A stretch of DNA of 64,000 bases from Octopus vulgaris. Lineage: Eukaryota. The DNA lies in assembly GCA_951406725.2 (NCBI GenBank), contig OX597842.1, positions 27,466,001-27,530,000 on the forward strand, in the 5' to 3' direction. Below are positions 1 to 13,979 of this stretch, one piece after another. The translations under genes and the position numbers were made by a program. Numbering within the stretch: the first letter of the stretch is position 1; each line of letters begins with the position of its first letter. Below the pieces are notes generated by a model. The model was given only the letters and a program-made list of their open reading frames with translations, was not told the DNA's origin and ran no database searches.

Positions 1-1132
1 AACGAAGATAGGAAGTATAGATTGCATACAACAACAGGAGATAAAAGAAAGAGATGACAGTGTTGTATCTAGGGATAACCAAGGAATTTCATCATCCAAG
101 ATCTCCCTGAACACCAAGGGTATGTGACCCCTCCGATTCCTACTCTCCAACCCAAACAACTGGTTGTTTTTAAAGAGGCACGGGTGCCTCTTGTGTGTCA
201 CTCGTACAAGTGTCTTTCACGTGTCACCGACACTGGCCATGGCCACAATTTCACTGAGCTTGACTTGTCTTCTCAAGTACAGCAGATGGTCAGAAATCTC
301 GGTCACTGGTCATTGCTTCTGTGAAACTCAACATCTAAACATCATATTTCACCGACCCGTCCCAAATCTTACCGTGTCAACCTCTTCCATGGCTTGCCTC
401 CACAGTTAGAAATCGGTACTTCTTTACACAACTGTCGTTGTACATTTAATTTTAGAATGACATTATCGGATAGTTGAGAAACTTTAATATGGGCCAGATA
501 TGGTTGGTTTAATCCTTCAAGGTTCAGATCACTCTGTCAAGTGTAATGTTCATTCATTTGCATTGTTTTGAATTAATCATTCATTATCTTCTTACGACAT
601 TTTGATGATGTAATTGTTTATCTTTAAACTGACATTGTAGGGTAGGAGTGAGAGGCTGGATCTGGCCAATTTGAACATAAAACAGGTAGAATATTTGGCG
701 TGGATATGGCAAGTTTAAATACTAAACAATTAATTCTTTAGCATTTAGATTAATCTATCAAATGTAATGCTTATTAATTCAAAATGTTTTGAATTAATTA
801 TTCATTATCTTGTAGATTTCAGATTTAGATGATTGCTTAATTTTACAATGACATTGTAAGTTTGGTGTGAGAGGCTGGATCTGACCAGTTTGGATATAAG
901 AAAGGTGAAACATTTTGGCCAGACATGGCCAGTTTAAAAGCTAAATCGTTGTTAATGTTTGAACAGAGAACCACATGTTCAATGCCTTCTCTCACACTGC
1001 CACTGTATATAATGTGTAATTAGATCTACTCGTGTTAATTACTATTTAATTATCGTAACAGAAATAGGAAACAATCTTGTTGATCGAATGTAAAATCTGA
1101 AATTCAAAAGTCCTTGTATTCATCTTCCACAG

Positions 1133-1189
1133 ATTTGGCAAGTGCAAATGATTTGAGATCAGAAGGAGTTAAAAATTTCACCCAAAGTG
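1133..1189 (+). CDS. Linker mini-exon 1 (57 nt, phase 1-1) of tandem Ig-like membrane protein gene: DLASANDLRSEGVKNFTQS
   Basis: Acceptor catcttccacag|A and donor G|gtaagt; length divisible by 3 and open; paralogous, with its upstream intron, to mini-exon 5221-5259. Confidence 0.7.
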
Positions 1190-1889
1190 GTAAGTGGATT
1201 ACCTTATCCCCTTTCGCCTTCTAAACTAGACACAACTTTTTCAATTCTCTCTTCTGTTTCTTTAACTCAACTCATAAATTTTATTCACTGTTTCATTTGT
1301 GTTTTTTGATTTCTTAAAACATTTATTCCGACCAGGCAGTTCACTAGCACAACTCAGTCACTGATAGTGACTGCTCTTTAGATAAAACAACAGCTTTGAA
1401 TCTGCTCAGGTTTATCTTTCTCTGGAGTTTCCCATTGATAAAGGCCAATGAGCCAGAATCACTCATTGAGGAATCTACTAGAATAGTGGTTTTTAACCGG
1501 GGTCAATATGGCTGTTGGGGGTCCATATAGGATTTTGTTGTTAAAATTTATGTACAATTAATTGGTTTTAGCTTTACAGTACACCAAATTTTTAATCAAT
1601 TTTTTAAATACAATTCCTAATAATATTTAATTATAAAAATAGGATTTTTTAAAACATGAAATGGTTATAAGGGTCCACCTGAGTGAAATAGAAATCAAAA
1701 GGGTTGCATTGTGTTATAGGTAAGCACTGGGCAGATATGGTGTTTTCACACCTTTTACCATCAGTGAGAAATCCTTCTCTTTGGTAAATGCAGTAAATTT
1801 GCCTTTAGAAGTTAAAATATGTCACAAACATATTTTAACTAAAGAGGGATTACTTATGATTGGTAGTTTCACTCTTAGGGCACAAATAA

Positions 1890-2810
1890 TAATAATAATA
1901 ATAATCCTGGAAACATGGATCCTAGAAACAGTAGCCATGAACAAGGTAGCACCAATAATTATAAAATATATAAAACTCTCTATGAATAAATAGCGGACAG
2001 TGCTACAGCTCCAAACAAAAGGAGGACACATAAAAAGCAAAGCCTTTCTCATTAGAAGAGGAATATTCCAGGGAGACATGCTCTCTCCACTCCTTTTCTG
2101 CTTGGCACTGACAACTTTATCTGACATACTCAACAGAACTAGATGCAGATGGCAACAACAATCAGCCACCTCTTATATATATGGATGACCTAAAACTGTA
2201 TACTACAAATGATAAACAGCTGGAAACATTATTACAGGCAGTACATGGATTTACCAACGAAATAAATATGAAATTTAGCTTATAAATAAATATGAAATGT
2301 GCAAAACAATCTTGAAAAGAGGAAAACTAGTTAAGAGTAGCGACATCAAACTAAATAAAGCAAATGAAATAAGAGAATTAGAAGCCAGACATACAAATAT
2401 TTGGGAATAAAAAAAAAGAATACTATAGACAAGTTAGATTAATACTGAAAACAGAGCTCAATGCAAAAAACAAGATAATAGGTATCAACACTTTTGCCGT
2501 CCCAGTTATAAGTTACAGCTACAATATCCTTAACTTGACACTAAAGGAACTAATCAAAATAGACAGGAAAACAAGAAATATAATGACAGGATCTAGGATG
2601 CATCACCTAAAATCTGACACAGAAAGACTATATATGCAACGTATAGAAGGTGGTAGAGGCCTTATACAGCTGGTAAACTATTATAAATTAACCACCATAG
2701 GACTGCAAAAATACCTACTTCAGAAGCAAGGAAAACAAATACAAATAGCCACAAAACACAAACAAAACAAAAAAGAAAAACTGTTTTCAGTCTTTAAGGA
2801 AGCTGTCAAA
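1890..2810 (+). mobile_element. Decayed non-LTR retrotransposon RT fragment (R4/Dong-like)
   Basis: RRGIFQGDMLSPLLFCLAL, SHLLYMDDLKLY in a shifted frame, ERLYMQRIEGGRGL; several frameshifts. Confidence 0.8.
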
Positions 2811-3657
2811 AGAGACCGATGGAATAAGTACTAGGCTTCCAAAGAATAAGCTCTGGGGTTGATTTGCTCGACTAAAGGCAGTGCTCCAGCATGGCTGCAG
2901 TCAAATGACTGAAACAAGTAAAAAGAGTAAAAGAGTGAAGAGAATATATGTACATAAATATTTTAAATTTTTTTGCCACAAGGGCAGGTTGCGGAAGGTG
3001 GGGATGAGTGGATTACAGTGACCCCAGTATGCCACTGGTACTTAATTTATCAACCCCAAAAGGATGAAAGCCAAAGTCGACCTCATTGAAATTTGAATTC
3101 AGAACGTAGTGGCAGGTGAAATACCGCTTAGCATTTTGCCTGGCGTGCTAACAATTCTGCCAGGTTGCTGCCTTGACATATATATACATAACAACATACA
3201 TAGAAATAAGAGCTAAAGTGCTCTGGTGCTGCAGTCAATGCACACTCTTGTATACATACATACTGGCAGCAACTGCAAATGGGTGAAAGTGGCAGTCGTG
3301 GTATCCCTGGACTCTCGACAGTTTCAGTTTTAACACAGAAGCCTCATCACCGACCCTGTTGTTGAGTGCTTATTTTAAGCATGGTACTTATTCTATTGGT
3401 CGTTTTTGCCGAACTGCTAAGTTATAGGGATGTGAACACACCAACACTGGTTGTAAAAACAGTGGTGGGGGACAAACACTGACACACACACACACACACA
3501 CATGATGGACTTCTTATAGTTTCCGTCTACCAAATCTACTAGGTTTTGGTTGGTCCCAAGGTTATTGTAGAAGCTTACCCAGGGTGCCATGCAGTGGGAC
3601 TGAACCCAGAACCATGTGGTTGGGCTGTAATCTTCTTACTTGATTTCTTTATTTCAG

Positions 3658-3906
3658 AAAATGTTGTGCTTGGAGGAAGTGCTACTCTTTCAATATATAT
3701 TCCAAACATGAAGAGACCTGTGGTGTGGAAATGTGAAAACTATAAATACGAATGTGACAGAACATGCGCTAATGGCACTGAATATAAAGTTACCCACAAT
3801 GGTAACTATTCTGTTCTTTGGATCCGAAAAGTAACGAAGGAATGTTTGACTTGGATGTTTGTAGATGACAATATTAATTTTGGAATAATTCATTTGAAGA
3901 TAGACA
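3658..3906 (+). CDS. Ig-like domain exon A (249 nt, phase 1-1)
   Basis: tttctttatttcag|AA...GACA|gtaagg; ENVVLGGSATLSIYIP..VVW..ECDRTC..Y.V....SVLWIRKVT; same length as, and about 36% identical (30/83 aa, counted by eye) to, exon 5803-6051. Confidence 0.8.
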
Positions 3907-3920
3907 GTAAGGAAATGATT

Positions 3921-3970
<50 letters not shown>

Positions 3971-4606
3971 GATAAATGTGCAAAAGCTATCTTTATCAAA
4001 GGAAAAAATGATAGAAATATCCAACGTTAAGCAATGATGATGATGATGATGATTTCTTTTATTTGCTACACATGCTAAGGATAAGGGGACAACACAATGA
4101 TAGGCGTAAAGTGTAGGGAGTTTACATGTTATGGAATGATAATAAAATATATAAACGATTTAAATTAAACGAAGATAGGAAATATAGATTGCATACAACA
4201 ATACGAGATAAAAGAAAGAGATGACAGTGTTGTATCTAGGGATAACCAAGGAATTTCATCATCCAAGATCTCCCTGATGTGTCCCCTTCAATTCTTACTC
4301 TCCAACCCATAGGTCTACACTCAGAGTGAGATCATCCGCTTGTCGTTTTCGTAAATTTCACCCAAATTGGAATTAATAATAATGGTTTCAATTTTTGGCA
4401 CAACTCCAGCAATTTCAGGGAGGGGAGTTAAATCAATTACATTGACTCTAGTGCTCAACTAGTCCTTATTTTATTGACCGCAGAAGGATGAAAAGCAAAG
4501 GTGACGCCAGCGGAATTTGAACTCGGATTGTAAACATGGGTGAAATACCTCTTAGCATTTTGCTTGACAAACTAGTGGTTCAACCAGCTTGTCACCTAAT
4601 TGATAA

Positions 4607-4649
<43 letters not shown>

Positions 4650-4865
4650 CATAAAAATAATAATAATAATAATAATAATAATAAACAAACATAATTTTCT
4701 TATGGTTTATAAAACAAACATAATTTTCTTATGGCTTCTTATACATTCACTAGTACAACACTAGGCATAACACCAACATGAACTTCCAACTTGTTGTCTC
4801 TTGAGGTCTCTGGGTGAGACCATGAGCCAACTTGTACAAATGTAAAGCAAAAGTCAAACATAAAC

Positions 4866-4903
<38 letters not shown>

Positions 4904-5220
4904 TCGTTCACTTGATAACAATCTTTTTTTTTCCTTTGCTTCTATATACCTTCTGGAGAAGTTACCTCAATCTTATAAAATATTACCAAAAATGAATTAG
5001 ATTGACAAGTTTATTTTTACTCTCCATGACAATTTCAATATTCTCTTTCCATTCATTACAGTCTTGCCAACACAGACCCTTACCAATTTCTTTGGATTCT
5101 GTGAAGGCATTCAACCACATGTTCAACATCTTCACTCAAACTGCCACTCTATATAATATGTAATTAAATTGACATGTGTTAATTATTATTAAACAAAAAG
5201 TTTGTTTCCATCTTTTACAG

Positions 5221-5259
5221 ATTTGACAATTTCAGAAAATTATAAAATCTTCCAAAGAG
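5221..5259 (+). CDS. Linker mini-exon 2 (39 nt, phase 1-1): NLTISENYKIFQR
   Basis: ccatcttttacag|A ... AG|gtaaat; in frame between the two Ig exons; paralog of 1133-1189. Confidence 0.7.
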
Positions 5260-5802
5260 GTAAATAGATTTCTTGTCTTCTTGTCTTGAGACAGCATTCA
5301 CCCGGGGTGGGTTGAGCTGGCTTCATTCATCCTCAATGCTGCATCTCTCACAAACGCCGACCAGAACATGAAATTATTTATATTCAACATACATGCACGC
5401 ATAAATGTTCGTTAGCGTTTCAGAAAATATATTTCTCGCTATGGCACTTATGTAGCTGGAGTCAGGATTTATGTATAATGAAAACACTTATAAGTGATGG
5501 GTTTATCAATATACATCCCTACTGCAAAAGTTAAATATATTTATCCATTTCCAAATAGGAAACATATAAAAGTAGCGTTACACTAACAGTAAAAAAGCCA
5601 ACCAGAAAATATCCGCTATAAAAGGATAATGGAAATAAGGGAAGAAGTTGTTCTGGCAGGGGGAGTAAGTCGTAGGGGAAAGAAAATGGTAAGGGGTAAT
5701 ATGTGGCACTTTTGCTTCCAAATGAATACAGACATATGTATTGATGATGATGAAAAAATCCTTGAAACAAGTCAATAATATTGATTTATCTATTTATTTC
5801 AG

Positions 5803-6051
5803 GACCAGCTGAGCTTGGAGGGAACACTACCCTTCATATTGAAGTTCCAAATATGGAAAGAATTATTGGCTGGAGAAACAGGCATTATAATCTCGAATGT
5901 GACTGGTCTTGTTATAAGGATGGCAAATATGAAGTTAGCCATACTAATAATGCTTCAACTTTATCAATTCAAAATATCACTGAAAACGATTTATCTTGGA
6001 CTTTTTGTGACAGAAATTATTGCTCTCCAGAATTTAGTTTGGAGTTAAAAG
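5803..6051 (+). CDS. Ig-like domain exon B (249 nt, phase 1-1)
   Basis: tatttatttcag|GA...AAAG|gtaagg; GPAELGGNTTLHIEVP..IGW..ECDWSC..YEV....STLSIQNIT.NDLSW. Confidence 0.8.
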
Positions 6052-6071
6052 GTAAGGAAATTACTTCTGCT

Positions 6072-8560
6072 AATAATAATAATAATTTATTCTTTTTATT
6101 GGCCACAAGGGCTGACACACATAATTAGTAAACATAAAGGGACAAAACAGGACGAAAGGTTACAAAGGTTTGTAAAAATCCGTGTATAAAACTGTAACAA
6201 CAAAATATTTAACAATGAAAAACTCCCAATAGGGGGAGGTGCTTTGAAAGGTTCCTAGTGGAAAAAACCCATAAAAGCCAAAGGGAGCCTGGTCAAAAGG
6301 GGGGTAGAGAGCCCCTTTCTCCTTTTATAAAACCTTTTTCAATCACAGGCGAAACCTGAGAATTGGTCCATTTATACTGGCCATTCTTGCACAATTCACC
6401 CACCTTTCAGAAAACTTGCTATCGGACAGCACTCTCCTCTCTAACCTCATCTTCCTTTTCAAGTGAAACTTGAAAAAGTTGATGAGGCCTTGACCAAAGA
6501 GGAAAGTGTCTGACTTTAGCCCTTTCAAATGGGTCCACCATACAACCTGTTTCACCACAGCCACTCGGCACAGGAAAACGGCCTCGCCCTCCTTGTTAAA
6601 GGATGTCGGCGGGGCAATCTTCACTATGGATTCGGCTGATAGCCGGATCCGTCGTATACTTGACAGTAGCTGTTCGACATAAAACCATAGTTCAGCAATA
6701 CTCGGGCACTGGACGAGTGCGTGCAGAACGGTTTCGGCATCCTGGCAACACCTCGGGCAGGCCCGGCTGACGGCACTTCCGTGCCGGTAGAGTTTATCCC
6801 GAACAGGTAGGGCCCCTCGGTAGCTCTGCCTGGCGAGCGACCTCTGGAAATTATCCATTGGCCCCGGCCCGAAAGTCCTCCCGAACAGACCGCTCAGTTC
6901 GTTATCGTCAACGCCTAGAGTTTCCCCGAGAACGTTGTTGCATTTTTCCTCCACTAACCCTCTATAGAACGCTAGAGTGGAACTAAAACCGATCGCATTG
7001 CCCACCTGGCAGAGGGTGGAGAGAGCTTGACGGCACTCGAGGTGCCAAGCGCCCTTTCTCGGTCTACGTTTGATCCAGGTCTGCAGCTCTGTCAAAGAGA
7101 CGAGTTGCGGAAAGTCGTGTCTGACAAACGACGACCACACCTGTTCACCGTCTGGGAAACGCTTGAGATGTCACAGCCTGAGTGCATGTCTGCACATCAG
7201 TAACCATGGCATGCCAAGGCCTCTGTTCAGCGGTCGTTGACAGCAGATGGATCGCCTGTCCAGTGGCACCTGACCCTTCCACAAAAAGTCGAAGAGCAGG
7301 CATACCAGCTTGGCCAACCAACGGTCTGGACAAGGGACGATGGTCAAGCGGTAATAGATGACGGATGCGATGTACGCATTCGCCACCTCCGCTCTACCTT
7401 TCAGGGACAGCTTCCTCTCGGCCCATTTCTGGGTGAGACGTGCCACCCTGTTCGTCACTTCTTCCCAGTTTTTATCCACCTGGAGATCCGGACCGAACCA
7501 ACCCCAAGCAGTTTAACGGATCTGTCTCTCCAGCGTCCTACGCTGTTGGACGGCATGGGCTTACCTCTCCAGGTGCCCAGTTGCAAGCCCACACACTTTT
7601 CCACATTAATCTTTGCCCCTGTCACCGCTTCGTACTCGTTTAGTGTCTCGCCAATCAGGCCAATGTGCCTGTGGTTCGACACCATCACGGTGACGTCGTC
7701 GGCATAGGCAGACACGCTGTTACTGCCTCCTAGATCGCGCGGGATACCCCTCAAAGCCTCCAACTTGCGCAGTAATGGCTCGAGAGTCAATATGTACAAG
7801 AGGGAGGGGAGAGGGCATCCTTGGCAGACCGAACGCGAGATGTCAAACGGTTCCAAAAGGTGACCGTTCACCCGTATCACCGAGCAGATGTTGCTGTATA
7901 AAGCAGCGATCCACCCGCGGAAGACTGGACCGAAGCCAGCTGCCAGGTACCGATGGTCGACCCTATCGAAGGCTTTACTCTGATCTAAGTTGATCAAAGC
8001 CCCACCCGCACCAGCGTCATTACCCACCCTCTCTATGATGTAGCGCATGAGATGGAGGTTGTCGTGTATCGACCTGGTTGGCATGGCGCATGTCTGCGTC
8101 TTGCCAACCAGCTTGTCCACGACAAGCACCAATCTCTTGGCTAGCACCTTGGCCAAAATCTTCAACTCTGCATTGAGCAGAGTGATGGGCCGAAAATTCC
8201 CTATAACGTCCCCCTTGTTTGGGTCCTTTTTTAGCAAAGCCACCACCCCTCGACAGACAAAAGCAGGAATTCTCCCGTTTTGCTGCCAGTTGCAGTAGAC
8301 GTTTGCCAACAGGCCCGCAAACAAGTCTGGCATTGAAGTGTAAAGCTCGTAGGGCAGACCATCCAAACCCGGCGATCTACCTCTCGTGCAACTCTTCATC
8401 GCTTCCTCCACTTCCCAGGCAGATATTAGTCCTTCGCAGCACTCTGCCTCGCTGTCTGAGAGTTGTGGTAGGCTGTCCTGGTACACACCGAAGTCTGCAC
8501 CATTGTGCGTTCCACCGCTCGTCCCAAACAGTTGAGCAAAGTGCCACTGAAACACTGAAT
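6072..8560 (-). mobile_element. 5'-truncated Tx1/L1-clade LINE ORF2 (RT plus C-terminal Zn finger), frameshifted
   Basis: GRSPGLDGLP, FRPITLLN, LDQSKAFDRVDH, QGCPL, AYADD, CPRCCQDAETVLHALVQC across ORFs 7455-8555, 7171-7479 and 6343-7140; (TTA)n tail near 6072-6086. Confidence 0.9.
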
Positions 8561-8784
8561 AGTTCTTTCTAACTTTGGCACATGGTCAGCTGTTTCATGT
8601 GGAAGAGGTTCTTTGATTACATTAATTTGAGTATGTTTAGTCGGTCCTTTATTTCATCAACCCCAAAGGAATGAAAGGCAAAGCTGACCTTAGCAGTATT
8701 TGAACTCAGGACAGAAAGAGTCAGAAGAAATTCCACTGAAAATTTTTTTCTGGTGCAGCAACAAATCTCCCAGCTCACAACCTC

Positions 8785-8808
8785 AATGATAATAATAATA
8801 ATAATAAC

Positions 8809-8853
<45 letters not shown>

Positions 8854-8908
8854 CATAATAATAATAATAACGATAATGATAATAATGATAATGATGTTAA
8901 TGATAATG

Positions 8909-8942
<34 letters not shown>

Positions 8943-9010
8943 TAATAATAATAATGATAATAATGAGGATAATGATGATAATGATGATAATGACGATAAT
9001 GATAATAATG

Positions 9011-9047
<37 letters not shown>

Positions 9048-9121
9048 TAATAATGATAATAATGATAATAATAATAATAATAACGATAATGATAATAATG
9101 ATAATGATGTTAATGATAATG

Positions 9122-9164
<43 letters not shown>

Positions 9165-9238
9165 TAATAATAATAATGATAATAATGATAATGAGGATAA
9201 TGATGATAATGATGATAATGACGATAATGATAATAATG

Positions 9239-9272
<34 letters not shown>

Positions 9273-9289
9273 TAATAATGATAATAATG

Positions 9290-9350
<61 letters not shown>

Positions 9351-9358
9351 TAATAATG

Positions 9359-9399
<41 letters not shown>

Positions 9400-9435
9400 A
9401 ATAATAATGATAATAATAATAATAATAATAATAAT
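8785..9435. repeat. (AAT)n/(GAT)n compound microsatellite
   Basis: Directly visible. Confidence 0.97.
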
Positions 9436-9546
9436 TAAAGTCAAAATAAGGGTGAAAAAATTGAATATTAATTAGTAACATCAATTCAAACACCAAGTGG
9501 CCTAGTGTATAAAAGACTGGGATACAGTAAAAATTATTAATACAAC

Positions 9547-9667
9547 ACAATAACAGAGAGTCCTCTATATGGACGCTCTAACGCTGAACAATTCTTTGGT
9601 GGCGGATTCCTTTTGTGGATCTATATCTAGAGTTAGAGCGTCCACATAATGGACTCTCTCTTATTGT
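9547..9667. repeat. Imperfect inverted repeat (about 35-bp arms) next to a (TA)n tract
   Basis: acaataacagagagtcc..tggacgctctaac versus gttagagcgtcca..ggactctctcttattgt. Confidence 0.8.
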
Positions 9668-9669
9668 CT

Positions 9670-10182
<513 letters not shown>

Positions 10183-10395
10183 TGTTGAAATGGAAAGATG
10201 AATTATCTCGTTACGGATTATTCAAAAGTTTAACCGATACCTGGGTAGCAAAAATCACAGCAGAAAAAACACGGTTGGAGTTATGACCATAGGGTGTTGC
10301 AACCGTGCGTTGGCGCGGATAATTGAAGTTTAATATAATTAGTGAATGGAAGAAATGGAGCTGAACGAAGATTGTACAGAATTCCTTTTATTACA

Positions 10396-10475
10396 TTCTA
10401 CACATGTTTCAAAGGCCACAATTTTCCAAATTCTGATTAAATAAGGATACCATATTGCAGCTTTCTCTTCAGGAA
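10396..10475 (-). ncRNA. Hammerhead ribozyme motif (Penelope-type) in an inverted terminal segment at the PLE 5' end
   Basis: Minus strand: ttc-CUGAAGA-gaaagcugcaau/auuguggccuuu (stem II, 11 of 12 pairs)-GAAA-C-AUGU-GUA-gaa; palindromic stem III (ACAUGU) as in PLE hammerheads. Confidence 0.65.
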
Positions 10476-12330
10476 AATTCAGGAATTACGATGTCCAAAA
10501 CAAAACAAAGCCGCAGCAAGCAACTCGAACAAGAACGCTCTCTAGGAGCCCATGGGGTAAACTGTTTCTCAATGTACGATGAAATCGGGGGGTTGGTGGA
10601 GAAGTCACCCAGGAGAAATGAGCACCTCAGATACCTAGAGAAAGTTACTAAGGATATTAATAGGTTGGACGGAATCTTGGTCCAGTCTGACAAGACAAGG
10701 AACACGTATAAGTTACCCATTAGACAGTACTTAGATTTACTCGGAAAAGAGATCAAGAAGAATTGTAGAACAACTAATTGGAACACACTGAGAAAAGTAA
10801 ACTTGGAGATTAAGGAAATAATGTTTAAATACGGAATTCAAATGAGAACGCAGCCGCTTAGCCCTAAACAACCTAGATTCATAGTGAAGGACCACAAACC
10901 GAATTTCTACACCAACCCAGCGTTAAGACTCATATGCCCTGCTAGTTCCGATATCGGGACCATCAGTAAGTATATTTTAGATAAATATATCCCTAGTTTA
11001 GTAAATAAGCTGAAGCTTAGCCTCTGGGCTAACTCCTCGCAGGTCGTGAAGTGGTTCTCTTCTATCCCTGATAAGAACCGTACTAGGTTTATTCAGTTTG
11101 ATATTGCTAGCTTCTACCCCTCGATTAACCCTAGTGTACTTAATAAGGCCCTGTGGCATGCACATAATAAGGCAGGCCTCACTAGAGAAGAAATTGATAT
11201 TATCCTAGTTGCCAGAAAATCATTTATTAAGTTTGAAAATAAGTTGTGGATTCGTAAAGATACTCCCAACGAATTCGATGTGCCTATGGGTAGTTCGGAT
11301 AGCGCGCAGATAGCCGATTTGGTCGGAATCTATATTCTCTACGAATTATCCGACCAATTCCCGGATATTGGGGGGGGGAGCCTATATCGTGACGATTGTC
11401 TGTTTTACCTGCAAAACACCACGAACAGAATCGTACAGAAAACTAAGAATAGGTTAGCTAGGTTCTTTAATAGAATGGGCATGAATATAGTTTTTGATAA
11501 CGAACTTACTAAGGCTAATTTCTTAGACGTCACACTAAACCTCCATAGCGATTCTTACTGCTCTTACCATAAACCTTCCACTAATTTAAAGTATGTCAGT
11601 GTCTTCTCGAATCATGCCAAAACTATAACAGACAATTTGGTTAAAAATATCTCTCTAAGATTGACTAATTTGTCCGCTAGTGCCGACATTTTTAGGCAGA
11701 AAGCGGAATTTTATAACGCCGCACTGTCTAAAGCCGGTTATAGGCAGAAGGTAGTATATATAGATCCAGCCCTTCCGATGCCATCATTCGGTCATCAGGA
11801 TAGGGCAGTCTATAATAACATAAATAATTTAAGTAGTGATGGGAGTGGGGGGAGGGTCGGCACAAGTACTTCTGGAGTTAATTTGGGGAACATAGATAAT
11901 TTACGGTCCAGGGGAGACCATACTAAACCAAAACCTTTTATTCAGCCTAGAAACACCCACCTTAATGTCAGAGCTGGCTCCCCGACCCATTACAAAAATA
12001 GGAATAAACATATTTGGTTTGTAATTCCCTTTGGTAAGCAAATTAGAACTAATCTACCCCTACTGTTTCGCCAAGCCATTGCCAGTAACTTTCCCAGAAA
12101 TTCCAAATATTACGCCACAGTTAACTCACACAAAGTTAGGATAGCTTTCTCCAACACAAAAAACCTTTTCCAGATAATTGCCTCCCATAATAATAGGCTG
12201 CTTTTTAAGACCCTATCACCCTCGTCCGGAGGTGCAGCTCCGTCTAATTCCAGATTAATGCGCAGTAGGAATAATAATAGTAATAATGATAATAGAGCCA
12301 GCACAGAGACTGGTATTCTCCATACCATCC
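10455..12330 (+). mobile_element. Penelope-like element reverse transcriptase ORF, interrupted before the GIY-YIG domain
   Basis: DKTRN, KDHKPNF..P.LRLICP, FIQFDIASFYPSI, PMGSSDSAQIADL, LYRDD, FLDVTL, YHKP; 632-aa open frame. Confidence 0.88.
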
Positions 12331-12342
12331 ACTGCCTCCCTG

Positions 12343-13060
12343 TCAGGGGTTGAGAGAGAAGAACCTGTTTGTAGACCAGTCAACCCCGGGAAGGTTGAAG
12401 TCTTCCATCATTAAAATGTTGTCAGGTTGACACTGCTGAATGAAACACTTTATGCTGTTGAGGCATTCCTTGAAGCATGGTAGGGGCGTTTGGGGTGGTC
12501 TGTAGAGCCCAACTACTGTTAAGTTGTTGGTTTGACTGAATACAGCGACTGCTTCGCAGTATCCATTGGAAAATATGTTCATGGCTTCTGTTGAGAATGA
12601 ATCATGGACATAAATGGCAGTCCCACCCTTTCTTCTGCCAGCATGATCAGCACGAATGGTTTTGAAATTTTTAACTTTCACCTCGACTTCCAAGTGGAAG
12701 TCACTAAGGTGGGTTTCAGTGAGGACGAAGAAAGGGATGTGGTTTGGATGGGACTCGACCCAGTCCTCCAGGAATCTTATCTTCCATTTTTGTGTATTGG
12801 TGGAAGGGCTGATGCCTTGGGCATTAAGCAGAAATGTTGAGGCGAGAGTGGATGGTTTTAATTGTTTTGGTGATTTGTTTATTTGATTGCTTTTTAATGG
12901 CATGTGCAGTGGGGTAATAGTGGTGGATGGTGGTGGGTGATAGCTCGGATGTTTTTTCCAGTTCTTTTGCTAGATTCATTATAGCTAATAAAGAGGAAGA
13001 AGAGGTGGTTTCCTGTCTAGGGAACTGTAGGTGACTGTGGTTGTGGTTATTTTTATGTGA
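12343..13060 (-). mobile_element. LINE (CR1/L2/Jockey-group) apurinic-endonuclease N-terminal fragment
   Basis: LNAQGI, VLTETHL, RADHAGRRKGGTAIYV, VGLYRPP, DFNLPGVDW. Confidence 0.8.
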
Positions 13061-13091
13061 GTGGTTATCTTTAAATGTCCGACGAGTCCCC

Positions 13092-13172
13092 GGGAGATGG
13101 GTAAAGGGGCAATATATATATATGTATATATATATATGTACATATGTACATATATATATATATATGTATATA

Positions 13173-13241
<69 letters not shown>

Positions 13242-13270
13242 TTATATATATATATATTTATATATATATT

Positions 13271-13305
<35 letters not shown>

Positions 13306-13382
13306 ATTTATATATATATTTTTATATATATATATTTATATATATGTATATATATATTTATATATATATATATATATATATG
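13092..13382. repeat. (TA)n microsatellite; target site of the gypsy insertion, continuing at 19247-19412
   Basis: Directly visible on both sides of the LTR element. Confidence 0.95.
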
Positions 13383-13966
13383 TGTAAGAATTAGCACTTC
13401 CTTCTCAAAGCTTGGATTCGAAATCAGACCCAAGAATCATTGGTCGTAAAATACCAATGCACAAAAAGGCGCGAAATCAGAATCTCTTTGTTCTGACAAA
13501 AAATGATGGATCGTCTCCCTTCGACCTCTGACCCGAGCAGGTCAGGCGAAGTTTAACAGGACGACCAGCGACCTACTTTAATGATAACTCTCTTGCGGTA
13601 TATCTATTTTTCTGGCTATTTGAGATGTTATAAATAGAACGGAGAAATAGGTATCTAGAGAGAACCCGAATCAACGTTTAAGAGAACGCCACGCATTTAT
13701 GAGAACGACGAAAGAATATTCAGAAAGGTGACTCTGTCATGCATGATTTACACACACGCACACACACACACCATCAAACATATTCTGCTTTAATGTGTAT
13801 CCTGTATTATGCATTCCTTTAATATGTATTATTTGCAACCACTATTTAATATGCATTTTGTACAAGCGATGTGTAACATTGCTTACAAATTGATGTAGTG
13901 ATAATAAATCTTTAATTTATTACAAAGCACTTATGTATTTATTAATACATCCACGCATCCACTACA
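13383..13966 (+). repeat. 5' LTR
   Basis: tgtaagaatt...ccactaca; near-identical to 18663-19246. Confidence 0.97.
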
Positions 13967-13968
13967 TT

Positions 13969-13979
13969 TGGTGACCCCG
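13969..13979 (+). promoter_or_regulatory. Primer-binding site, tRNA-Trp type
   Basis: TGGTGACCCCG two nt after the 5' LTR; matches the first 11 nt of the tRNA-Trp PBS known from avian retroviruses. Confidence 0.8.

Noticed and set aside
3546-4037. ORF-track 163-aa protein taken as a whole gene
   Set aside because: The N-terminus is SINE sequence and the C-terminus is (AAT)n; only 3658-3906 is bounded by splice sites.
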